A stretch of 64,000 bases of DNA from Balanoglossus misakiensis (lineage: Eukaryota; Animalia; Hemichordata). Numbering within the stretch: the first letter of the stretch is position 1; every line of letters starts with the position of its first letter. Where the stretch lies: positions 9,427,129 to 9,491,128 of the forward strand of contig CM082576.2 of assembly GCA_040954595.2 (NCBI GenBank). The letters run 5' to 3'. The notes under the pieces are model-generated. The model had not been told where the DNA came from and ran no database searches. It was given only the letters and a program-made list of their open reading frames with translations. Below are positions 49,078-60,739 of this stretch, one piece after another. Both the position numbers and the translations under genes were made by a program.

Positions 49078-49196
49078 GCTTCTTCCACTGGAAGAAGCCA
49101 TTTTCCTTTTGGAAAACACCTTTTAACTGAAATGCTTCCGGGTCAATCCGTGACCCTAACCACGTTGCGGCATCACGGTCACGATGATGTGAAGTT
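49078..49196. promoter_or_regulatory. Very compact bidirectional promoter shared by RRP36 and the unannotated coiled-coil gene
   Basis: The divergent ATGs are about 120 bp apart. ETS-like cttccgg lies at about 49135 and acttccggt at about 49357. Confidence 0.6.
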
Positions 49197-49907
49197 ATGG
49201 AAGCTTTAAGAGAAGAATATGAAGAACAGAAAAATCGTAACGCAGAACTGAAGCATGAAATTAATATTGTTCGGGCTAACATTCATTCGCTGATAAACGA
49301 TGTAAATTCGCGTGCTGAGGTGAGACAGTAGCGAACATGTTGGTGCCCAGTCTCTGACTTCCGGTTCAATCTTCTGTGTCTGAGCCTAGCCAGGCATGGA
49401 CCCGAATCAGAGCATAGACGTATACACGCTCGGGGTGACCCTTTTCGCGGCTTGGCTGCATGGTTTCTACAGAAGTGTTTTATGCCCCAATTGTGGGCCA
49501 GCATCCGATCGTTTGCAAATTGCCTCAATCCCACCATTTCCTTGACGTGTTTTTTCTTCTTTCAATTCATAGAAAGTTGAAAAGCACTACTTGGAAAGGA
49601 AGTGGGGACCACATGGAACCGAAAGTGAGGGTATGGATCCACACTGGGAGACCGTGACGTTGGTTGAACAACTTGTTGAAGTACCGGAAATGCTGGATAG
49701 TGAGTAGTACATGTATGATGTATATAAACAAACCAGACAACTCGACGGTTACATGCTGAGTAGGTGATCTTTCTGACATGTGACTAACCAGATGTATCAT
49801 GTTTTTTTTCAGCCGTGTTAACTTCACTGAAACACAAACAAGCCAAAATGTATGCAGACATAAATGAAACCAAAGCCAAGCTCCAGCAATTGATGGATGA
49901 TGGATGA
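49197..49907 (+). CDS. Unannotated 114-aa coiled-coil protein; exons 49197-49319, 49573-49699, 49813-49907
   Basis: The junctions GAG|gtgaga, catag|AAA, GATA|gtgagt and tttcag|CC have consistent phases. Product: MEALREEYEEQKNRNAELKHEINIVRANIHSLINDVNSRAEKVEKHYLERKWGPHGTESEGMDPHWETVTLVEQLVEVPEMLDTVLTSLKHKQAKMYADINETKAKLQQLMDDG*. Confidence 0.75.
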
Positions 49908-50643
49908 TAGAAGAGCAAGAGACTGTTTATATTTTAAACTAAACTTTGGTCAGAGAGGTTCTGAAGTTTGGGGATCCTTGTGTGATGTTTTCACAGAAGA
50001 CAAACTTCAACGAAATGTGCACCAAATTTCATGCATTCTGAACATGTACTGGTGAAGTCCTTGCATAAAAAGTACAGTTGATGCAAGTGTTGTTGGTCTC
50101 AGATAAAACAGAGAAGATGATAATCTTGTCTGTCCAACAGCATCTGAGGCTGACTGGATGTTGTAACATCAAATCAACAGGTGTTTCATCTGAACTGCAC
50201 ATAATGGTAGAGCCATCAAGCCAAAAAAATAAGATCACGAGTTGATAATTTACTATTGCCATTATTTATTTATTTATTTTACTGAAAGAATAAATTGCAT
50301 GTTCCCCTATTGAATGCTAAGTACCAGTCAAGTTCATCAAGGGAAGAGTTTACTGTGAATGCGAGATACTGTTTGTTAAGATACGCAGCAGCAGCACATT
50401 GGAATGGAGTTGCTGGAATTCTTTAATAAACATTTGTACACAAATAAAAGCAAAAGGTTTATCCTGCATTTCTTGTCTGACGGCTGCTTTTATACAATTT
50501 TAAATATCGGACAAATTTTTCATAGAAAAAATGCATTTCCGTTGAAGACGTCACATGCACGAGGATCAGAACTGTACACATAATTTCATCTGTTTAAATA
50601 GATAGGCAGCTCTGTAAATGTTTAGGTATTAAAAAAAAGAAGT

Positions 50644-53600
50644 CTAGAGTCTGCGAGCTCCAAGTTTCATGCTTCCGGCAGTCTTTTTGGCTTCTCTCTT
50701 GGCCAGGATTTCCTTCTCCCTCTGTATCCGCCTCTCTTCCCTTTGCTTCTTCGCAATGTCCGCTTTACTGAGACCTGGAAGTCGAACAGACCCACTTTCA
50801 AATACAATCTATTACGCTACTTCATAATAGATGTTTTTTTCCGCTCATAACAAGACTTGGCTACTGTTAAAGCAACTGTTAAAATGTCAAGTTTTTTTAA
50901 ATAATTTTCCCCTCTGAAAATATTTCACCTTCATTTCCAAGTGAACCCCAGCCATCGTCGTCTACGGCGTCCCAACCTTCACTTCCTGTGCCCCAGTTGT
51001 CACCACTGCTGGTCTTGGCGGACGATTTTGGTTTTGACGCTGAAGTAAATGACTTTGCACCACTTTTGGGTTTTGATTTCTGTAACAAGAATAAAAGATG
51101 TTGGCTGCACCCATCGAAGTCGAATTCTGAAACTCGAACCACAATCATTCAAGATCACCATTGCTAGAAAAAGCTACCTTTCATTCAAACATCCGAGCGT
51201 GCACATTGTGTCATTTTGGGGAAGGATTGTATGATGTATGCAAAAAATTTGCAATCACCCGACTCATTACCTCGCTTGTTCCTTTTCCCGCTGAACCAAA
51301 AAAGTCAGCCGATGTGTCGGTGCCCCAGTTATAACTACTAGTGGATGTAAAACCCTGGTTGTCGGTCACAAAATCGGAAGGTTCTTCCCAGCCTGGCGGG
51401 GGTTTGGATTTGGGTTTGGCAGTTGATGCAGCGCCACCACCAGACCGACTACTCCCACCACCAACACCGGCCACTGCCGTCCTGGAAGGCTGTACACAGG
51501 AAACACATGCAATTAACTCGGGGGATGGGACAAAAGAGACCAACATAATTTGTATCCAGAGGTGTATTCCCTATTCCTTGCTTTCACATCACATGCACTG
51601 GGATTTTTTTTTGTGACATGCGCAAGTAACCTCATACAGTCCATGGGTGATGTACCAGGCTATTTTTAGACGTGGACCACTTTTCGGACAAAAAATTAGA
51701 ATTGTTTGTCAGCTGACTGTGTTTTGACTGCAAGGAAAGGTAAGAGGTAGTCTTAGTACCTGTTTCACACATTCACACACTTATATCCCTCACACATGAG
51801 GACACTTCCTGTTTAAACTAATTTCTATGCATAAAATTTGCATATGATCTACACCAGTAGGATCTATGTACGAATAACCAATTTTCACACCATGTCTTAC
51901 TGTGCAGTTCAGTTTTTAATTTTTGCACACTAGATATAGACATGAATTTAGGCTTAAGGAATTTTAAACCTACTAGTAATTCATGAAAAAATAATAAATA
52001 AAGTCGTTCGCAAAGGATCATGGGTAAAAGTTTCCCACTGTGGTGAGATTTTTTTATATAAATACACAAGATAACTATGAAGTATGCCCCAACACTGTGA
52101 CAGCAGCCTGAAGACTTGCTTTCAAAGTCACATACGGGAAGATCTCTTTCCCCCCTTGTATCCTTTGTGGAAAGTCCCTGGACCCAGAACAGTAAGTGTT
52201 AGGCCTTTATTGGCTTCAGCTTGGCTTTGGTACCCCCCTCGACGACAGGGCTAAGACGTCTTAGGACAGAGCCTGGGGGTGGGTCAGGTGTTTGTCTTAG
52301 CACAGTGATGCAAGTGGCATGGCTTCACATGTTACCAGAACAGGGCTCATTATCAGGGTGCTTTTTTTTTTTACCAGGATGTTGAAAGCGGTTCATGTAC
52401 AGGTAAAAACAATGTGTGAATGATGAATGTCTTTTTGTAATGGATGAATAATGTACAGTTCACAAATGTATGCACAGCAACCAAATTAAATTTCTGGCAT
52501 CTGAGTATTGTCTTGTTGGAGCACCCCTCCTCCAACTATGTTGGGCACTGCCCTTATCACTACCCCCCCCCCCCCCCCAGGTACTTGCTAGCTACTATAC
52601 ATGGAATCATGAATTGATTTTTATGACGGGGGAGGGGGGGTTGTTTTCCTTTGGAGAAACCATCTCTCTGTCACAACAGACAGACACACCCATACCAGTC
52701 TGAGTGTACGTACATACCTGAGTTTTATTGCTAAGAGATGTACCCTTCTTTTGTGGTTGGAAGTCTTCAAGTGATCCCCAGTCCTCCTCCTCCTCATCAT
52801 TGTCCCAATCTCCAAAATGTTCCTTTCCCCCCGACTGCTCCCCCGTGTCCATACTACCCCAGCCATCGCCATCATCATCGACCCATCCACCCGCGTCCTC
52901 GCTAGTTTTTTTACTGGCCACACTGCTTGATTTTGCACCCGTGGAAGACGGAATCTGGCCCCAACTGTCGCCGAAGAGTTCTTTGATGTTATCCTCGGTT
53001 TGCTTTTTCCCTCCGAGTTTCATTTTCCCCGTTTTGGACGACGACGACGATACTGTCGCCGAGCTTCTTGGCGCTGTCTGTTTTGCCGGTTTCGTTGTGT
53101 TTGCATCGTCCCAATGATCGTCCCACCCCGGGGCGAGTTCCTCTGGCTCCTTGATCACTGCAGCGATTTTCTGCGTAGTACTGGTGGTGTCTGCTGAAGT
53201 TGAAAAATCCTGTTGAGGTAAGAGACAGGTGGCCTTGTGAGCACAGAGGCTGAGAGATTTCACAAAGTGATCAAGGGTGCATGCATTCTTATAACTTTGA
53301 CATATTCAAAAAGAGAATTGTCTTGAGTGAAGAAAATACAAAATTATAATGAAAACACAATGTTCCTGCCTCTATACCTAAGCATACACCATGTAGAATT
53401 TTTCCAGCACTGCGTGGGCAGCCATTTTCAATTTCAAGTATAGGTAAACATTTCAGATGATCTATCCGTGATTTCCAGTGACTTTGGCACTCTCTCATTC
53501 TTTGTGACTTACACCCATATCGCCCCAGTCGTCATTATCTTCCCAACCACCCCCTCCGTAATCCGAGTCTGAACTGTGTCCGGCTTCTCCGTCGTCCTCA

Positions 53601-56600
53601 ACAACAGGCTCTTCCTCCTCTTCTTCAATCTCATCATCATCTTCTTTAACTGTTGTTTTCTCATTTGCTTTGACTGGACTTGTCCGTGATGGCTGGGCTG
53701 CTGGAATGGGTTTGTCGCCTACACTGGGCTGAGTGACTGAAATGTGTAGATACATGTATGTATAATTAATGTCGTTTCAAAGTCCAATGACAATACTTAC
53801 AAATTGTAGCTTCACTAAATTGGCTCTTAGACAGCATCGGTCGGCCTTACGCTTTGGTATTGTCCGACGTACTCTGACATAAATCCCGGTATTTTGTGAA
53901 TAACCTTATATTATTCTTTAAAAAAATGTTGAAGCATGATAAATCCTCACACTCTCACCTGGTGCTTTGGTTGGTTTCTTTCGGTAAAACTTGGATGTCA
54001 GAGAAGACACGGCCCAGCCCGTCCAGCCAGTGGCACTCTGCGTTGTACTGGCTGCAGCATTAACATCAGCCTCTGATTTAAAAAAGAAAAGTGATGGGAA
54101 GGTTCATGGGAAGAAGCTTCTGGTTTGCGTTGTGGAAAATGTTTCTCTCGTTGAACCAGAACACAGGCATCCGAAACTCACCCATTTCAAGTGCTTTCTC
54201 TGGATTTGCAGACACCTCTTCCAGCTTCTTGAGAAAAAGTTTTATTGCTTTGAACGCCTGGAAGAAACAGAAGGACAGACACTCTCAATGGAGCTGCACA
54301 CTTGATTTTTGTCTAGTACCAAAATCATCACAAAACCTGGACAACTCATGATACACAACACACAAAAGAAAAATCCAGTGTCGATTTGTGCACACACAAC
54401 ATACACAGTACAAGAAATTTGTGTACAAAACAACTTGGTAGATTGCAATCTTCAAAGTGCATGGTTTGTTGGAGGAGGAGGGGGGGGGGGTGTCACAAGT
54501 TCAATGTCAGATAAAAATGGACTTCTCCACTGTAAACGGTTTTGTGCACAAGCAAAGCATACAGACAGTACGATTACATGATGGGGAAAGTGATTTTTTT
54601 ATTTACATGAGTGCATTACTGCAGTCTAATAATTGTCCACCCACCTGTTCCCTGACGCTACTATCTGGATCTATCGTCACACTACACAATGTTGGCAACA
54701 CCTTGTAGGCAATGTCCTTCAGTGAATAGTAATTCTGTGTTGCTGACATGGCCATCACACCAGCTGACCGGGCAGGTGGGAAGGGATCCTTCAGCGACCT
54801 TTGGAAAGCCGACGCAAGAACTTTCTGCCTCATCTAGGTGGGGGGGGGGGGGGGGAACAAAGACACAAAGAATATACATTTAGTCAGCATCAGCATTGGA
54901 ACACCAATTTATCACATATGCCATGGTTTTGTCCTGTTGACATATTTCTTGCTAAATTCTCAGTAAAATTCAGGGTATGGCTATTAATTTAGAGATTTTT
55001 ACTGTAAATGTTCATTTACCTGTGGAGTCAAGTGACCAGCTACTTTTCCAATACACACAGTGGTGTTTGTTCTGATACCAGGCTGCAAGAGACACAATAA
55101 TAAAGTATTACCAAATGTGCTATATCGTGTGTTGTGTGTGGCATGGTGTGGTGTACTGCGGCATGTATCAATGTGACCATTTCCAAAGTTGCCATCAGTG
55201 ACTGCGAAGGTTTCTCGCTCATCACACTGCTTGAGCTAGGGCAAATTTATGGCATTGTTCTTTGGTGTCTGCTGGGTATGAAGATTCCTTGTACCAGCAT
55301 ATGAAAACCGACAGAGCAAGAAAAATGTACTGTCCACAAAATGTATCAGCACAGAGTCAGTTCAGTCACACAAAGGAACTCCAACAGAGTCAAATGTATG
55401 TTTTCATTTCAAAACACCAGGCACACCACATCAACCCCTCGCACCAACAAGTGCACTTTGGAAATGTGTGTCACGTACCTGATCGTCTTTTGACTGAAGT
55501 CGAGCAAAATGCTTCAAAACCTCTACATTGAGGTTTTTCTCATTGAGCTTGGGAGCCAACAGCAGCATAGACTGGAGATGAAGAGAAAAATGAAATGTCA
55601 GTAAGCTCTATACATTATCACAAATTTCCAGCCAAATAAAACAGTTTGGGTAAAATTTGATACTTCTATCACCATTGTGGAATTATGACTTTTAGGCACA
55701 CATCTTCATCAAACGCCAACCAACACAGTATCTTTTACAACCATTTATTCTTTGCTGTCCACACTCCGTCTGAGACGGACAGGTTGTAATGTGTCTAATT
55801 TTTATGGATGGTACAATACAAAGTCAGACTTTTACCTTGACAGTAGCCTCTCTTATTGCAGGGTTGGTATCCATGAAACCATGGCCGATATTCGGAAATA
55901 TCTTGTCGTTGACAACACTTTCGCTCAGGTACTCGACAAACTGATCCATCTGTCAATTGTATCACAGAAAAACCTTCAGTTGCATTTCAGTACTTCTATC
56001 GTTCTCAAGTTCCCCACAAATTTTGTGAAGGAAAATTTACGGCATGGCTCACATAACATTCCTGAGACACTGCCACCACTGATCTCTCTCTCTTCATTCA
56101 ATTCAGATTCAAACTGCCCAACCTGTGCAATTCTGTTCCTTACCTGCTGCAGAAGTTTGATCCTAGTGGCCCTGTCTGTGGACGTGAACATCTTCACAAC
56201 ACACGGCACAATCTTCTTTTGGTATTCGTCTGCATCCAGGAGTTTGCCGAGCTGCGAAAAGAAAATGTGAGACAGCAACAGTTAGACTGCACTTCAATTG
56301 ATATAGTAAAATGAGTAAAGTGAATCAATAAACTAAGAAAGTGAAAAAAACATGAACTGTAATGGAAACAATCTTTTTTTTAAATTTCCACCAAATATGG
56401 CGTACACACACAAGCCTTGGATTATTAAAGTACACACATACTCATTTGGAGAACACACAGTGCGTCACTACTCAGCTGATAATTCAACAGCATAAACTTC
56501 TACAGTGCTTACCTTCACAAGAGGAGTTAGCACTGCGGAACCAGCATTTCCATATTCAAATGCTTGCAGCAACAAGGGCAGGATTTTGTACTTGCAAAAT

Positions 56601-59600
56601 TCTGGCGGAAAATCTTGGAGATCCTCGTTGAGTTTGCCGAAAAAATTTGTCTTCTCACCAGCATCCTTGATCTGGAAAAAACAGGCGTTGAATTTAGAAT
56701 GCCCTGAGGTTAGATCAGCAATGTCATTCTCTAGATCTGGTCTGCAGGTAAATGTCCCCTGTTACACTTTCTCATGAATCCAAGCAAAACTGACATATGA
56801 CCAAATGGGATCAATTCCCCAGCCTTCCCAGTGTTTCATGCACTATGTCTGAATTACAAGTTTTGGGTGCTGTTCACTTCAACTAACACTCAAGTGTAAT
56901 AAAAAAGAAGGGGCTAAACAGGACAGAATCACTGAGAGTTGAAATTCAGTTAGCTGAAGTAAACTCTTCACACTGCAAAAGACCACCAGCTCCTACTGCA
57001 TGTCCTACCTGGATTTCTTCCAGAAATAAATTTGTCCTCACAAATCCGTTGTCCATGAATCCGTTGACTGATCTGCAGTCTTGGATGAACTTGGAAGGGT
57101 TCGGTCTTGATGCAGGGTTGGCACCCACCAACTCGCAGTAGTTTGGCAGCAAAGACTTCGGTATCTGAAAAAAAATGATAAAAAAATAATTCTTGTAGAA
57201 TATCTCTTTCAAGGTTTCAATAGGTGTACCAGTGCCACATACTTAGTGGTAATAGGCATATCATAGATTCACATATAGAATAATTGCTTCACTTTTTTGC
57301 CCCAAAAATAAATACATAAAGCTCTGCAATTATTTTTACTGACTTTTCCAACCGCTTTCAGTGATGACGTCCTGGGAAGAGGTCCATTGAAGACTTCCCA
57401 TATGAGGCAGCCAAGACCCCACATATCTGCCGCCCTGTGTAAAGTAGAGAACAGCAAATCTGTGATGAGAAATAATCTTGAAAGCTCCAATCAAGAACCT
57501 TAGACTAATGTACAGAGGTGGCCACTAACACAGGTTTGACTGTGCTACAAAAAAAAAATGCAATTAAGAGATAATTTCCCAGAGTCTATATTACCGCACA
57601 ACCTACCATTTCGAAGACCTTTTTCTCATCTTTACAGCGTCTCCCTTTTCAGGAGGGTCATATTTCGCCAGGGCTGGCAGTGGCTTCTGGACAGGGCTCT
57701 GGTCAGCTGGGTAGATGTAGTCCACACCGAAGAGTTTCCACTCACCAGCCATGTCCACGTATATGGATGACATGTTGACGTTGTTGTGGATGAGTTGGCA
57801 GTCATTCACTAGAAAACTCAAACCTTTCTGCAAATCACAAAGAAGACAAAACAGTCGTCTATTTGGTGATGGAATATCCTTTATGAATAAAGCTTTTAGT
57901 TTGAAAGATCTAAAGTATGACAGTCACTGGTCACAGGGATATACTTACTACAACCTGATGCAGGCCCCATGACGTCACAAGTTCATTTGTTTTCCCACTT
58001 TGTAACTTCAAGTATGATTCTAGTGGCTGCACCTTCTCAGTGACTATGTACAGAGTTGTTTCCGTCTGCAAAAACAAGCAACCGACATTTCACTTCAATT
58101 GTTTTCATGATAATCACTACCCATCTTAAATTTGCCATGGATGGCACTACAAGTTCATTACTGACACTATAGCTCCTGTACAAGTGAAAGTCCAGTTTTG
58201 ATGCATCAAGGGCACTGTTACCAGAAAGTTTTTTTTTTTTTAGTTTTATACATGTATTAAGTTTTACGTGGCTTATGATGCATGTAAGACGGTTCAGTTT
58301 TCCTTCTTACCTCCAGTCCATCAAGATACATCAGAATGTTTGGATGACGAAGTGTTTTTATCCTCTTGAAAGCTGTCTTTGCTGTCTGAGTCTACGAGAA
58401 AAAGTAGGAACTGTAACTGATTTACTCATATTAAATTAATTAAGCAGACAATAATAATGATACACATATGCATGAATGTATAACATTCCTCGTATGTGCT
58501 AATTCAACAAAGCAGAAATGTTTACCTCTTTTCACCAGTCTTATCTTCATACTGTTTAGTTATAATGAATTGGTGTATCACAATTTGATATATCCCACAT
58601 TTCATGTTGTCTATTTTTCCCATATTCAAACTTACCTGTGATTCGCTGCTTCCTTTGATGTCATATACAAACACAGAAACTGGTTCTCCATTTGCCTAAA
58701 AGTGCAGACCAAATAGTGGCGTCAATAATTTTTTCAAATTTGTACCATATAATAAGGGCAAATAAATAAATAAAGAAATTTATAAATAAATTATAATTTA
58801 TAAACACATAATGTAACATTTCATAAAACCACAGACATTCTTTTTTCTCTGTGTGGTAGTACACATGATGCACGTTATGGTAATAGGAGAACTTGGCACC
58901 CCTGGTGGATTTTTTGAAACCCAACACCTGGCCTTGCAATTTTTACTTGACATGACAAGGGCCTGTGGTTTCGTTTCTGATTACAGCGACATGTCAAGTC
59001 ATAAATGCTTCTTTTAGGCGTTACCAAAAAGACATAGCTTAATAAGGAAGACGAGATTTTAGTGCGGTGCTTGGTTCTCTCGTATTCCACGTTATGAGCA
59101 CGTGTATGATGTACACGCCCACCCGGCCGGCGAGGAGGGAGGGAGGGAGAGAGCTACCTCCCTGATCCCACAAAGACCACGCAACGCTTGCATATGGGTG
59201 ATGTTCCTACTTCATACGAGCTGACTGCTCAACAGTATCATAATGGTGCCGGTACAACAAAATCGACTGACACCTCCGGTTTGCCCGAGAGATTACATGC
59301 ATGGTGATGGATGGGGAGTGTGATACTGTGATGGACAAGGCCAGCAAAAGTCGCTGCCAACACTGATTGTTGGTGAGAAACCTGTAATATGCCACAGCTT
59401 GAGGTGTATCCCTACCCAAGTCAAAGGGATAATTAGACCAAATTGTATTGTTATCTTATTATTAATGATGTCCGACCACCGTCGTTCAGCAGACGGCCCC
59501 GACGGCCACGTCATGAGGTATGATGTTGTTGTAGGAAAGACCGAAACCGGAAGTAGGCTACTCACCTTCCGTTTACCTTCGTGTAGCGCCCATATTGACT

Positions 59601-59685
59601 TGTCTTCTAGCTCTGACAAACTGCACTTTGCGCCTATTTCAAATGCGAGGTCTTTAGTTGGATCTCGGGAGAAAAACGACCACAT
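50644..59685 (-). CDS. SCYL1: N-terminal kinase-like protein (SCY1-like pseudokinase 1)
   Basis: MWSFFSRDP start, [38 protein letters not shown]...[25 protein letters not shown], and HEAT exons ([18 protein letters not shown]; [14 protein letters not shown]). An acidic Trp-rich tail ends [10 protein letters not shown]. Confidence 0.97.
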
Positions 59686-60739
59686 TGTCGCTTGAAAACG
59701 TGAAAAATTGTCCGATCCCCGTACTCTCTGCTCGCTCAAAAAGTTTTTTATTTGTTTGTTGTTTCTTGACTCCAGCCAACTTCTAAAGAGGGCGCTAGAC
59801 TACTAGGTACAAGTACAAAGTATCAAAGGAATACTACACGGAAATAGGTAGCTAACTGATATTGGGAGCTATCCAAAATAACCAAAATGTGGACATTTTG
59901 TGTCGGGCTAAACTTGACTGTGGTTTGATCCTAATATTTTAGTTTAGTACGCACGATCTGACCCAATCCGGGAGAAAAGGTGACGTTTGACCCCTCCCCA
60001 GTCTTCTTCAACATGGAACACAGATCACAACACAAAAAGTAATCATTTATAGAAAACATAGACATATTTAATGATATAACATTTAAATTGTACTGAAATA
60101 TAATAGAGCCAAGATATACAAACGATTTACAAAATCAAAGTTTGGGACGGCTTTTCGCTATAATAGAAATCTTATGTGAAAGAAGGAATAACATAATTAC
60201 ACACTTTTGTAAGTATGGCACTGTGGATAATTGCACTTCCCATACATGTAATAATTCATCAACAAGTCGATATCGTTTGAGTCAAACAAAGAAAGTTTCT
60301 TGACATTTTGGAAAACAAAGTATATGTGAGATAACGGTTGAACTGCATCTTTACTATGAAGATAATTTGTAAATATAAACGCTGACAGATAAGAACATGA
60401 CACCAGCTGTAACTTTTAGATACATTTTCGACACGTTCATTCTGTGTATAAACTACTAGTACGTTTTTATAGTATAGTATTTAATGTACTTCACGAGAAC
60501 CTGGTGTCTGCTACGTGAAGAGGATGTTGCGTTCTCTCCCCCAATTAACACAGAGTCGTTGTGCGCTTTTGACACACGAGCCATACGCGGCTGTTATCTG
60601 AAGGGATGTGCGTTACTTGGATCGGTGCCAAGAATTGTATCTGAATATAAATAAATCTAAAAAATACCTATAGAACTATCAGCATGTGATAACATATTTT
60701 CATGTCAAAAGCAGACCACCTTGAACTTGATACACATGG

